Shown here piece by piece: positions 10,472 to 20,324 of a stretch of 38,126 nucleotides of DNA (position 1 is its first letter; every line of letters begins with the position of its first letter). Origin of the DNA: an uncultured Methylomagnum sp. (GTDB lineage: Bacteria; Pseudomonadota; Gammaproteobacteria; Methylococcales; Methylomonadaceae). The position numbers and the translations under genes were made by a program. Location: positions 1 to 38,126 of the forward strand of contig CAZLGN010000001.1 in assembly GCA_964558865.1 (NCBI GenBank), written 5' to 3'. The notes below the pieces were generated by a model. The model searched no databases, was not told the origin of the DNA, and was given only the letters and a program-made list of their open reading frames with translations.

Positions 10472-11599
10472 CCCCATCATCACCAAACCACTCATCAATT
10501 TAAGCCAACGTCCTTCTTTTTCTTGGAGACGATGTTGGCTTAACGTCACCACACCAATCGTCAAAATGACCAAATCGTCAAACATATATGCCACGTTATA
10601 CAGCAGCAAATAACCGTAATAATCAATGCTATTTAAATGCTGCAACGTCAAAATTCGTGTGTAAAGCGCGGGAAATCCTGACGTACACATAAATTCCACC
10701 GCTTGCACTAAAAGAGCCAGAATGACCACGCCAATCAACGCGCCACCTAAATTTTGAGCGTTGAGAATTTGCCGCATTCGTGCATAAATTCCTGCTTTGC
10801 TTGTAGTTGGAATCGACAACGACAAGCCGCGTCCAAAAAAGAAAAAATCTTTAAGGTTAATTGCCCCCGCAATCACTGCGATTAAGGCAATGATGATTTC
10901 AGAAATCCGTGACAATCCCACCCATAAAAATAGATTCAACCACGCGGACATAAACAGAAAATAAACGATGCCTTCAATCGCCACAAAAGTTCCAGCAATT
11001 GCTAGCATTCGATGACGATTGTGCATTGGTGCGAGTAATGAAATCATCAAAATTAACACCCACATCGAACACGGATTAAAACCGTCTAGCAATCCCATCG
11101 CCAAGGTAAAAATCGGCAAACCCATTTCGACGAGCGTGATTTTTTGCCCCAAAAAATTCAGTTCAAAATTCTCTGTTTTTTCGATTGTGGGCGCGGTACA
11201 TTCAAGCGATTGTTGAATTTCACAGCTTCCCGCCTCGTTTTGTGGCGAAGTCGGTGGCACGTTTTTTTGCACTAACGCAGAGCGAATCCATTGCCCCGTC
11301 GTAATTTCATCGGTGTAACCAACAATCAATTGTCCCGCGATATAAAACGCAGGAACTCGCGCCACTGTATTTTTTTGTTGCGCTAAAATTTTCAAATGCG
11401 TTAAAGCCGCTGGCTCTTTTTCAATATCATGAATCGAAATCTGCAAATTGGGTTGCTCTTGTTGTAATAGCGTTAAAAACTTTTTAGCTTCCACACAATG
11501 CGGGCAATCTTCGCGGGCGAACAATTCAATATCCGCTGCATTGGCGTTAAAAAAAGCACTCACAAATATCAAAATGAACAATTTAATCGCTACTTTCAT
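10448..11599 (-). CDS. Secreted glutaredoxin/thioredoxin-fold domain fused to a CcdA/DsbD-like polytopic membrane domain
   Basis: 383-aa ORF. It has a signal peptide (MKVAIKLFILIFVSAFFNANA) and a CPHC redox motif, followed by multiple transmembrane helices with the CcdA-like motif LLDGFNPCSMW. Confidence 0.7.
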   Translation of the reverse strand: MKVAIKLFILIFVSAFFNANAADIELFAREDCPHCVEAKKFLTLLQQEQPNLQISIHDIEKEPAALTHLKILAQQKNTVARVPAFYIAGQLIVGYTDEITTGQWIRSALVQKNVPPTSPQNEAGSCEIQQSLECTAPTIEKTENFELNFLGQKITLVEMGLPIFTLAMGLLDGFNPCSMWVLILMISLLAPMHNRHRMLAIAGTFVAIEGIVYFLFMSAWLNLFLWVGLSRISEIIIALIAVIAGAINLKDFFFFGRGLSLSIPTTSKAGIYARMRQILNAQNLGGALIGVVILALLVQAVEFMCTSGFPALYTRILTLQHLNSIDYYGYLLLYNVAYMFDDLVILTIGVVTLSQHRLQEKEGRWLKLMSGLVMMGLGVYLLI

Positions 11600-11743
11600 T
11601 ACATTTTCTCCAGAATTCAGAATGACTAAAACTGTACTTCAATCTTCAATTAAATAAAACTACTTAACTTTAGTAAAGTTTAGAATTACACTCAACTACG
11701 AAGCAAGTTTTAACATTCTTTTTTTTATTCACGAGGTTGTCTT

Positions 11744-14700
11744 ATGCAAAATTCGCAAACACTTACCATCGATGGAAACCAAGCTGCCGCGATGGTGGCT
11801 TACAAACTCAACGAAGTTATTGCCATTTACCCCATAACTCCCGCGTCCACAATGGGCGAATGGGCGGACGAATGGGCTTCAAATAAACAGCTCAATTTGT
11901 GGGGAACCGTCCCGCAAGTCACCGAAATGCAAAGCGAGGCGGGCGCAGCGGGTGCAATTCACGGCGCATTGCAAGCGGGAACACTTGCTACGACATTCAC
12001 TGCCTCGCAAGGCTTGTTGTTAATGCTGCCGAATATGTACAAAATCGCGGGGGAATTAACGCCGACGGTTTTTCATATTGCCGCCCGTTCGCTTGCTTGT
12101 CAGGGTTTGTCTATTTTCGGCGACCACAGCGACGTAATGTCAGCTCGCATGACGGGATTTGGAATGTTATGCGCGAATTCGCCGCAAGAAGTGTTAGATT
12201 TCGCGCTAATCGCCCACGCTGTGACTTTAGAAAGTCGTATTCCGTTATTGCATTTTTTTGATGGTTTCAGAACTTCGCACGAAGTCGCCAAAATTCAAAC
12301 CTTCGACGATGACGTATTTCGCGCCATGATTCAAAACAATTGGATTACCGAGCATCGAAATCGGGCTTTAACGCCTAATAAGCCCGTTATGCGTGGTACC
12401 GCGCAAAATCCTGATGTTTATTTTCAAGCGCGTGAAACTGTAAATCTCTATTACGATGCAATGCCTACGATTGTGCAAAATGCAATGAATCGCTTTACAG
12501 AATTGACGGGGCGTGTTTATCGCTTATTTGAATATGAAGGCGCGGAAAATGCTAAACAAGTCATTATTATCATGGGTTCGGGTGCCGAAGCGGTTGCGGA
12601 AACGGTCGAGTATTTGAATCGAAAAGGCGAATCCGTTGGCGTTTTGAAAGTCCGTTTATATCGTCCTTTTGATGCGGAAAGTTTGCTCGCCGCGTTGCCT
12701 GAATCGTGCAAAAAAATTGCCGTTTTAGACCGAACCAAAGAGCCTGGCGCAGACGGCGAACCGCTTTACAAAGACGTTTTAACCGCGATTGCACAAAATT
12801 ATTTGAGTGGTGCGTCGAAATTTTCAGAATTACCTATCGTTGTCGGGGGACGTTACGGCTTGTCGTCGAAAGAATTTACGTCTGGAATGATTAAAGCGAT
12901 TTTCGAGGAATTGAAATCCGCACATCCAAAAAATCAGTTCACCATCGGCATCAACGATGACGTGACGCATAGCAGTTTGCCATGGGACGCAAGTTACCGC
13001 ACAGATTCACTTGCCGATACCTTTCAAGCAATGTTCTACGGTTTAGGCAGCGACGGCACGGTCGGTGCGAACAAAAACACCATCAAAATTATCGGCGAAG
13101 GAACCGATTTAAACGCGCAAGGTTATTTCGTCTACGATTCCAAAAAATCAGGCGCGGTCACCGTTTCGCATTTACGTTTTGGTTCGCAACCGATTCGCGC
13201 TACTTATTTGATTTCCGAAAATGACGCGAATTTTATCGGCTGTCATCAATCGGTTTTCCTTGAACGTTACGATATGTTGGCGAACGCGGCGGAAAATGCG
13301 GTGTTTTTGTTGAATTCGCCTGAACCGCTTGAAAAAGCGTGGGAATCGTTGCCAACCAAAATGCAGCAACAAATGTTTGCTAAAAAAATCCGTTTTTATG
13401 TCATCGATGGTTACGCGGTTGCTGAAAAAACGGGCATGGGCAGACATATCAACACCATTATGCAAACTTGTTTTTTTGCGATTTCAGGCGTGTTGCCGCA
13501 AGAACAAGCGATTACCGCGATTAAACACGCCGTCGAAAAAACCTACGGTAAAAAAGGGCAGCGTATGATTGAATTGAACATGCGAGCGATTGATGAAACG
13601 TTGGCGAATTTGCACATTGTGCCGTTGCAAAACGTCGTCGATTCGCAAATTGTGCTTAAATCTAATATCAACGATTCTGCGCCTGAATTTATTAAAAACG
13701 TCACGGGCGAAATTATCGCGGGGCGCGGCAATGCGTTACCCGTTAGCGCGATGCCGATTGATGGCACCTTTCCAACTGGCACAGCAGCTTATGAAAAACG
13801 AAATTTAGCTCTCGAAATTCCCGTTTGGGAAAGTGATTTGTGTACCCAATGTGGCAAATGCGTCATGGTTTGTCCGCACGCTGTCATTCGTAGCAAAATT
13901 TACCCGCTCGCTGAATTAAAAAATGCGCCAGAAACTTTCAAATACACGCCGATGCTAGGCAAAGATTTCCCCGACGGTTTAGCGATGAGTTATCAAGTTG
14001 CGCCTGAAGACTGCACTGGCTGTAATTTGTGTGTCGATATTTGTCCGATTCGAGACAAATCGAACGCTAGCCGCAAGGCTTTAAATATGCAGCTGCAACC
14101 GCCATTACGCGAAGTCGAACGCGAAAACTGGAATTTCTTTTTAACGATTCCCGAATATGACCGCCGTTTATTGAAAACGAACACGATTAAAGGTGCGATG
14201 GTGTTGCAGCCGTTGTTTGAATTTTCAGGCGCGTGTGCGGGTTGTGGCGAAACGCCTTATATTAAACTTGCGTCACAACTCTTTGGCGACCGAATGTTAG
14301 TCGCAAATGCAACAGGCTGTTCATCAATTTACAGCGGCAATTTACCCACAACACCGTGGACAAAAAATGCTGAAGGTCGTGGCGTGGCATGGAGTAATTC
14401 GCTGTTTGAAGATAATGCCGAATTCGGTTTAGGAATGCGCGTGGCGTTAGATAAGCAAACAGAACACGCTGAAGAATTACTCTTAGCGTTGCATGAACAA
14501 ATAGGCATTGAGTTAGTTGAAGATATTTTAAGAGCCGATCAATCCACAGAAGCGGGAATTTATGAACAACGTGAGCGAATTGTGGATTTAAAAGAGGAAT
14601 TGAAAACTATCGCTCATCCACTTGCCGCTCAACTGCTGGAATTAGCGGATTATTTATGCAAAAAAAGCGTGTGGATTATTGGCGGTGATGGTTGGGCGTA

Positions 14701-15376
14701 TGACATTGGTTATGGCGGTCTCGACCACGTTTTAGCGAGTGGGCGCAATGTGAACATTTTGGTTTTAGATACCGAAGTGTATTCCAACACAGGCGGACAA
14801 ACCTCAAAATCTACGCCGCGTGGTGCGGTGGCGAAATTTTCAGCAGGCGGCAAAGCCTCTGCGAAAAAAGATTTGGCATTACTCGCAATGGATTATCCCA
14901 ATGTTTATGTCGCACACGTTGCTTATGCGGGTAAAGATACCTAAACACTGAATGCGTTTTTAGAAGCCGAAGCTCATGAAGGCACGTCGATTATTATTGC
15001 TTACGCGCCTTGTATCGCGCACGGTGTGGATTTGTCCAACAATCATCGTCAACAAAATCTCGCGGTAAAAAGTGGGTATTGGTCGTTATTCCGTTTTGAC
15101 CCGAACAGACTTAAACAAGGCAAAAATCCGATGCGGCTTGATTCGCCTGAACCATCGATTTCTTATCGAGAATTTGTGCAAACCGAAACCCGTTTCAGTA
15201 TGTTGTGGCAAACGCATCCCGAAGCGGCAGAGGAATTTTTAGCACAGGCGCAGCAAGACGTAAAAAATCGCTATCACTTTTATAAACAACTTTCGGAATT
15301 AGAGTGGGACGATACAACGAGCGTTTCATCGTTCAAAGCACAAATCAAAACCGCAGTGGAGAAAGACAATGGTTGA
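11744..15376 (+). pseudogene. nifJ: Pyruvate:ferredoxin (flavodoxin) oxidoreductase (PFOR/NifJ type), interrupted by a single in-frame TAA at 14942-14944
   Basis: ORFs 11744..14944 and 15026..15376 are in the same frame, and the 81 nt between them contain no further stop. Read through, the translation is a continuous PFOR sequence (...AYAGKDT*TLNAFLEAEAHEGTSIIIAYAPCIAHGVDL...). Two ferredoxin-type CxxCxxCxxxCP clusters and the TPP-binding GGDGWAYDIG motif are present. If the stop is a sequencing error, this is an intact CDS of about 1210 codons. Confidence 0.9.
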
Positions 15377-16382
15377 TTTAACGACAAATTATTTGGGTTT
15401 GAAATTGGTAAATCCATTAGTGGCTTCTGCGTCGCCATTGACGAAAGCCTTAGATAGCGCGAAATGTTTGGAAGATGCTGGCGTGTCAGCATTGGTAATG
15501 CACTCGTTGTTTGAAGAAAAAATTGCATCGGAAGAACAACATAATGCGCGATTTTTTTATCAGCAATCGCTCGGACACGGTGAAGCGGATTCGTTTCACC
15601 CGCTGCACCACGATGTACAAACCTATCAAGACCGCTATTTAGAAAACCTGCAAAAACTCAAAGCAGGATTATCAATTCCGATTATTGCCAGTTTAAACGG
15701 CACGTCTTTGAGTGGCTGGGTTGATTACGGCAAACAATTAGAACAAGCAGGCGCGGATGCTCTCGAACTCAATGTTTATCACCTCGCGGCGAATGGCGAC
15801 GAAAGTGGAGAACAGGTTGAACAACGTTATTTGGACATTTTGCGCGAATTGAAAACGCGCGTTCAAATTCCGATTGCGATGAAAATTTCGGCGCAATTTA
15901 GTTCGCCGATTCATTTTGCCAAACGGCTGGAAGCGACTGGCGCGAATGGTTTGACGATTTTTAATCGTTTTTATCAGCCCGATATTGATTTAGAAACGTT
16001 GGAAGTTGTGCCGAAATTAGAACTTTCGACACCACAAGAAGCGTTGTTGCGAATTCGTTGGACGGCGTTGTTGTACGGGCGCACAAATTTATCGTTAGCC
16101 GTGACGGGCGGTTTTCATCAAACGCCCGATATTTTAAAAGCCTTGCTCGCGGGTGCAGATGTGGTGCAGCTTTGCAGTGTTTTATTGAAAGATGGCGTGG
16201 GACGGTTAAGCACAATTTTGACTGAACTCGAAACGTGGTTAGACGCACATGATTACGAATCGATTGAGCAGCTCAAAGGCAGCGTCAGCCAGCAAAACGC
16301 GATTGATCCAAGTGCGTATGAACGCGCCAATTATGTGCAGGTTTTAGATAATTATTCTGGCGCGTCTGGCGTGTTGCGGTGA
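15369..16382 (+). CDS. Dihydroorotate dehydrogenase-like TIM-barrel flavoprotein, probably not a true DHOD
   Basis: 337-aa ORF whose ATG overlaps the nifJ stop by 8 nt. DHOD-like N-terminus (LGLKLVNPLVASASPLT) and FMN-phosphate motif (VTGGFHQTPDILKALLAGADVVQLCS) are present. The position of the catalytic-base motif (ELN-SCPN or SSPN in true DHODs) reads ELNVYHLA. Confidence 0.8.
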   Translation: MVDLTTNYLGLKLVNPLVASASPLTKALDSAKCLEDAGVSALVMHSLFEEKIASEEQHNARFFYQQSLGHGEADSFHPLHHDVQTYQDRYLENLQKLKAGLSIPIIASLNGTSLSGWVDYGKQLEQAGADALELNVYHLAANGDESGEQVEQRYLDILRELKTRVQIPIAMKISAQFSSPIHFAKRLEATGANGLTIFNRFYQPDIDLETLEVVPKLELSTPQEALLRIRWTALLYGRTNLSLAVTGGFHQTPDILKALLAGADVVQLCSVLLKDGVGRLSTILTELETWLDAHDYESIEQLKGSVSQQNAIDPSAYERANYVQVLDNYSGASGVLR

Positions 16383-16387
16383 TTCCT

Positions 16388-18073
16388 ATGAATCAATTCG
16401 ATATTGGGTCAACAATGCGAAAACTACTTATTTTTATCGCTTTAGGCTGTCCCGTTTTATCTTGGGCAGAAGGCGGCGGAACAGAATCGATGGATAGACC
16501 GAGTATGCGTCCATTACCTGAATTTCCCGCCACCGAACCCAATCGCCCCGATTTCAAACTTCCTCCTGTTCCCGAAAATATCCCGCAACAAACTAGCGAA
16601 CAACGCCAATTTGATATAGTCCGAATCGAATTTGACGGTAATACGGTTCTTGACGAAAAATCGCTCCGTGAATCAGTGCAATCGTATGAACGACGTGGCG
16701 TTACCCTCAACGAATTAGAAGAGCTACGTTTAAAAATTACCCAACGTTATATCGACCAAGGTTATGTGAATTCGGGGGCGATTTTGACGGCGGATGCTTT
16801 TAACGATGGCGTTCTGCGTTTCAAAATGCAGGAAGGACATTTAGACGAAATCATTATTCACGGTCAAGAAGGGTTGCGCGAAAATTATATTGCAAATCGT
16901 CTGCGCGGAGATTCGGAACAACCATTGAATTTACAAACGTTACAAGACCGTTTTCAAATGCTTTTGACCGACCCGCTGATTAGTCGAATGAATGGGCGTA
17001 TTTTGCCCAGCAATTCACCCGCGCAAAGTATTCTCGATGTAGATGTGACTCGCGCTCAACCTTACCAACTCAGTTTGCTCGGTAATAACCAACGTCCGCC
17101 GTCTATCGGTGCTGAAGCCTTTGGCGTAAATGGTTGGGCGCGAAATTTGACGGGATTTGGTGATTTGCTCGATTTTACGTTTTATACCAGCGCGGGTTCC
17201 AATCGTTACACGGGCAGTTTTAGTGTTCCGATTACCGACCAAGACACGCAAGTTTTCTTTCGTTTTGACGAGGGCGATTCGTCGGTTCAAGAGCAACCGA
17301 TTCGCAAAATCAACGTCACCAGCCAAGTCCATAATTTAGAAGGCGGCATCAGTCATCCGCTAATCAACACCTCAAAACAACGTTTGAATTTTGGCACGTT
17401 GCTCGCCATTCGAGAAAACGAAACGTTTTTAGATGGCAAGCCATTTTCATTTGTCGCAGGCGATTCAACAGGTCATACGCAAGCGACCGTGTGGCGGGCT
17501 TTTCAAGATTATATGCAACGTTGGGAAAATCACGCGCTGTCGTTACGTTCGACCTTTAGCGTCGGACTCAATACACTCGGTGCCACACCCAAAAAGAGTA
17601 GTGAGTTTTTTGCCTGGTTAGGTCAGGCGCAATATGCCTATCGCGTGAATGAAGAAGGTTCGCAAGTGGTTTTGCGTGGCAACAGCCAATTAAGTAACGA
17701 TAAGTTATTGCCGTTGGAGCGCATTGCGATTGGCGGCATGGGAACAGTGCGCGGCTATCGAGAAAATCAATTAGTACGCGACGAAGGTTACAACGTTTCG
17801 GCAGAATACCGTTATCCTGTTTTAGGTGGCGCAACGTCTACCGATGCCCAAATTCATCTCAATCTAGTGCCATTTATGGATTATGGCAGCGCGTGGAATC
17901 AAGGCGAAACAGCGCAAAATTTGTTTTCAGTCGGCGCAGGATTGGAATTTGATTGGCAACGTTTTCACAGCGGGTTTTATTACGGTTACGCTTTGAACAA
18001 ACCAACCACCGAGCAACAAGGTGATTTACAAGATGCGGGGATTCATTTCAACGCCCGTTTAGACCTGTTTTAA
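16388..18073 (+). CDS. ShlB/FhaC/HecB-family two-partner-secretion outer-membrane transporter (TpsB)
   Basis: The tracked ORF starts at GTG 16379, a GTGA overlap with the upstream stop. ATG codons at 16388 and 16415 are alternative starts. It has a signal peptide (MRKLLIFIALGCPVLSWA) and a POTRA_2-like region (IEFDGNTVL...LRLKITQRYIDQGYVNSGA). The beta-barrel carries the conserved loop-6 VRGY motif and FMDYGSAW. Confidence 0.9.
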   Translation: MNQFDIGSTMRKLLIFIALGCPVLSWAEGGGTESMDRPSMRPLPEFPATEPNRPDFKLPPVPENIPQQTSEQRQFDIVRIEFDGNTVLDEKSLRESVQSYERRGVTLNELEELRLKITQRYIDQGYVNSGAILTADAFNDGVLRFKMQEGHLDEIIIHGQEGLRENYIANRLRGDSEQPLNLQTLQDRFQMLLTDPLISRMNGRILPSNSPAQSILDVDVTRAQPYQLSLLGNNQRPPSIGAEAFGVNGWARNLTGFGDLLDFTFYTSAGSNRYTGSFSVPITDQDTQVFFRFDEGDSSVQEQPIRKINVTSQVHNLEGGISHPLINTSKQRLNFGTLLAIRENETFLDGKPFSFVAGDSTGHTQATVWRAFQDYMQRWENHALSLRSTFSVGLNTLGATPKKSSEFFAWLGQAQYAYRVNEEGSQVVLRGNSQLSNDKLLPLERIAIGGMGTVRGYRENQLVRDEGYNVSAEYRYPVLGGATSTDAQIHLNLVPFMDYGSAWNQGETAQNLFSVGAGLEFDWQRFHSGFYYGYALNKPTTEQQGDLQDAGIHFNARLDLF

Positions 18074-18089
18074 CTTTTGGGAGTTTGAA

Positions 18090-20324
18090 ATGAATCAATT
18101 TCGTATCTTAATTATCGCAACGGGGTTCTGGGCGGGTGTTGTTCACAGCGCAGATTTTGAAGACCTTTATCTGCAAAGCAAAAATCGTTTAGCGCAAGAA
18201 CAATACGGTTTAGCGATAGAATCGCTGAACGATGCAAACCAACTCGCATCAACACCAGAACAACAAGCACAAACGTTGGGAACACTCGGTTTAACCTATT
18301 ACCGAATGCAACGTCGAGAACAAGCCGCAAAATTATTGCGTGAAGCGGTGGCGTTAAATGTCGGTGAAAACACGACCCGCGCTCGTTGGTTAGGCACGCT
18401 CGCCGATTTAGAGTTGGATAAAAAAAATCTCGACACAGCCCGTTCACTGTATGAACAAGCCTTACCGTTAGCGGAAAAGGATGGCGAATTGATGGCAAGT
18501 TTGCGCTTGGGCAAAGTGGCAACCTTACCGTTAGCTGAACAATTGGCAGAATTAAAAACGCTTAAAGATGATTTGGATACGCTTGAAAATCCTGAAACGA
18601 AAGCTCGTTTGCTGATCAATTTAGGCGAACAAGCCCACAAACTTGGCGCGATAGAACTGGCGTTTAACAGTTTTGAACAAGCGCGGCGCAGCGGTGAACA
18701 TCAACCGCGTTTGCAAGCCGAAGCAATGGGACAACTCGCACAATTGTATGAAGAGCAAACTCGTTTTGATGAAGCCTTGCGTTTGAATTCGCAAGCCATC
18801 GACGCGGCGAAAAAAGTGGATGCCCATGATTTGTTGTTGGAATTGGAATGGCGGCAAGGACGTTTGCAGCGGGCGTTACAACATTTGCCTGAAGCGACAG
18901 CCGCGTATCAACAAGCAATCGAACACATTGAAGCGATTCGCCAAGATATTCCCGTTGAATACCATAACGGGCGGTCTTCGTTTCGAGAATTGTTAGAACC
19001 TGTTTATTTGGGTTTGGCAGATTTGTTGTTGACGCAAGCCAGTCAAAAAAGTGGTAAAGCTAAAAATGACCTGTTGCGCCATGCACGAGCAACGGTGGAA
19101 CTGATTAAACAGTCTGAACTCGAAGATTTTTTAGGCGGACGTTGTGGCGTTCACAGCAACAAAAACGCGCTGTTGGAAGCGGTCGAACCCACTACTGCAA
19201 TTATTTACCCGATTCTGTTGCCTGATCGTTTGGAATTGTTAGTCAGTAGCGGCAATGAAATTCGCCAATACACGCAACCCATTGGCGCGGCAGAGATGCA
19301 AGATTTAACCAAGCATTTAGCACACAGCCTGCGAACCAATAAATATGATATTAAGGCGGCATCTGAAAAACTGTATCAACAACTGATTGCACCGATTGAA
19401 CCGTGGTTGCAGGAGCAAAATATCAAAACGTTGGTGATGGTTCCTGATGGAGTTTTACGATTGATTCCGCCAGCGGTTTTGTACAACGGTGAACATTATC
19501 TGATTGAAAATTACGCGGTGGCGACTTCGCCAGGTTTGACATTGTTTGAACCCGCGCCGTTGCAACAACGTGGGATTAAGGCATTGTTAGCAGGAATGAG
19601 TGAACCTGGTTCGGTGGTTGACCATTTGCCAGCTGCTTTTTTGCAAGCCTTGGCGGGAAATCGTGGTTTGAGTAATCCAGAAGATATGAGTGAAGCGGCA
19701 GTCAAAAGCCGACAACTTGAACTCGAACGGATGATAAAAGAGCCTGTTTTTCGTCAGCAACTCAAAGAAAAATTAAGTTTGCCAGGCGTTGCAGAAGAAA
19801 TTAAAAGTCTGCAAAAAGAAGTTTCCAATACATCGCTGATGAATGAAGGTTTTACGGTTGAGGGTTTCAAAAACCAAGCGATTCAAGAGCCTTATTCTGT
19901 GGTGCATATTGCTTCGCACGGTGTATTTGGTAAAACGGCGGCTGCCAGTTTTGTAATGGCGTTCGATGGCGTGATTGATATGGATGATTTAGAACGACTT
20001 TTAAAATCCGACAAATTCTCAAAACAACCAGTGGAATTATTAACGTTGAGTGCGTGTCAAACAGCTGAAGGCGATGATCGTGCGCCGTTGGGATTAAGCG
20101 GGATTGCGCTAAAATCCAAAGTGCGTAGCGTACTGGGAACGTTGTGGCCTGTTTCGGATGAAGCGGCATCGTTGTTAATGGCGGAATTTTACAAAGCTCT
20201 TTCGCAACCTGGAATCAGCAAAGTTCAAGCCTTGCGACAAGCGCAAATCGTATTACTCAAACAAAAAGACCTCGAAAATCCGTTTTATTGGTCGCCATTT
20301 ATTTTGGCGGGGAGTTGGTTATGA
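18090..20324 (+). CDS. Secreted TPR-repeat / CHAT-domain (caspase-like) peptidase
   Basis: 744-aa ORF with GGGAG upstream of the ATG. It has an N-terminal signal peptide (MNQFRILIIATGFWAGVVHS-AD) and about 330 aa of TPR-like helical repeats. The C-terminal CHAT domain has an intact His/Cys dyad: VVHIASHG (His codon at 19917-19919) and LLTLSACQTA (Cys codon at 20055-20057). The tail is the typical PFYWSPFILAG. Confidence 0.9.
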   Translation: MNQFRILIIATGFWAGVVHSADFEDLYLQSKNRLAQEQYGLAIESLNDANQLASTPEQQAQTLGTLGLTYYRMQRREQAAKLLREAVALNVGENTTRARWLGTLADLELDKKNLDTARSLYEQALPLAEKDGELMASLRLGKVATLPLAEQLAELKTLKDDLDTLENPETKARLLINLGEQAHKLGAIELAFNSFEQARRSGEHQPRLQAEAMGQLAQLYEEQTRFDEALRLNSQAIDAAKKVDAHDLLLELEWRQGRLQRALQHLPEATAAYQQAIEHIEAIRQDIPVEYHNGRSSFRELLEPVYLGLADLLLTQASQKSGKAKNDLLRHARATVELIKQSELEDFLGGRCGVHSNKNALLEAVEPTTAIIYPILLPDRLELLVSSGNEIRQYTQPIGAAEMQDLTKHLAHSLRTNKYDIKAASEKLYQQLIAPIEPWLQEQNIKTLVMVPDGVLRLIPPAVLYNGEHYLIENYAVATSPGLTLFEPAPLQQRGIKALLAGMSEPGSVVDHLPAAFLQALAGNRGLSNPEDMSEAAVKSRQLELERMIKEPVFRQQLKEKLSLPGVAEEIKSLQKEVSNTSLMNEGFTVEGFKNQAIQEPYSVVHIASHGVFGKTAAASFVMAFDGVIDMDDLERLLKSDKFSKQPVELLTLSACQTAEGDDRAPLGLSGIALKSKVRSVLGTLWPVSDEAASLLMAEFYKALSQPGISKVQALRQAQIVLLKQKDLENPFYWSPFILAGSWL

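Noticed and set aside
11899-14184. A dozen ORFs of 62 to 120 aa on both strands inside nifJ, many of them Arg-rich.
   Set aside because: They are out-of-frame or antisense readings of the PFOR gene. Their Arg/Lys-rich composition is a frame artefact.
15026-15376. 116-aa ORF that could be taken as an independent small gene after nifJ.
   Set aside because: It is in the same frame as nifJ, with no stop in the intervening 81 nt, and encodes the conserved PFOR C-terminus. It is not a separate gene.
20288-20320. The tracked TTG start at 20288 for the TpsA-like gene.
   Set aside because: The ATG at 20321 has a GGGGAG Shine-Dalgarno 7 nt upstream, starts directly with a canonical signal peptide and forms an ATGA overlap with the CHAT stop.
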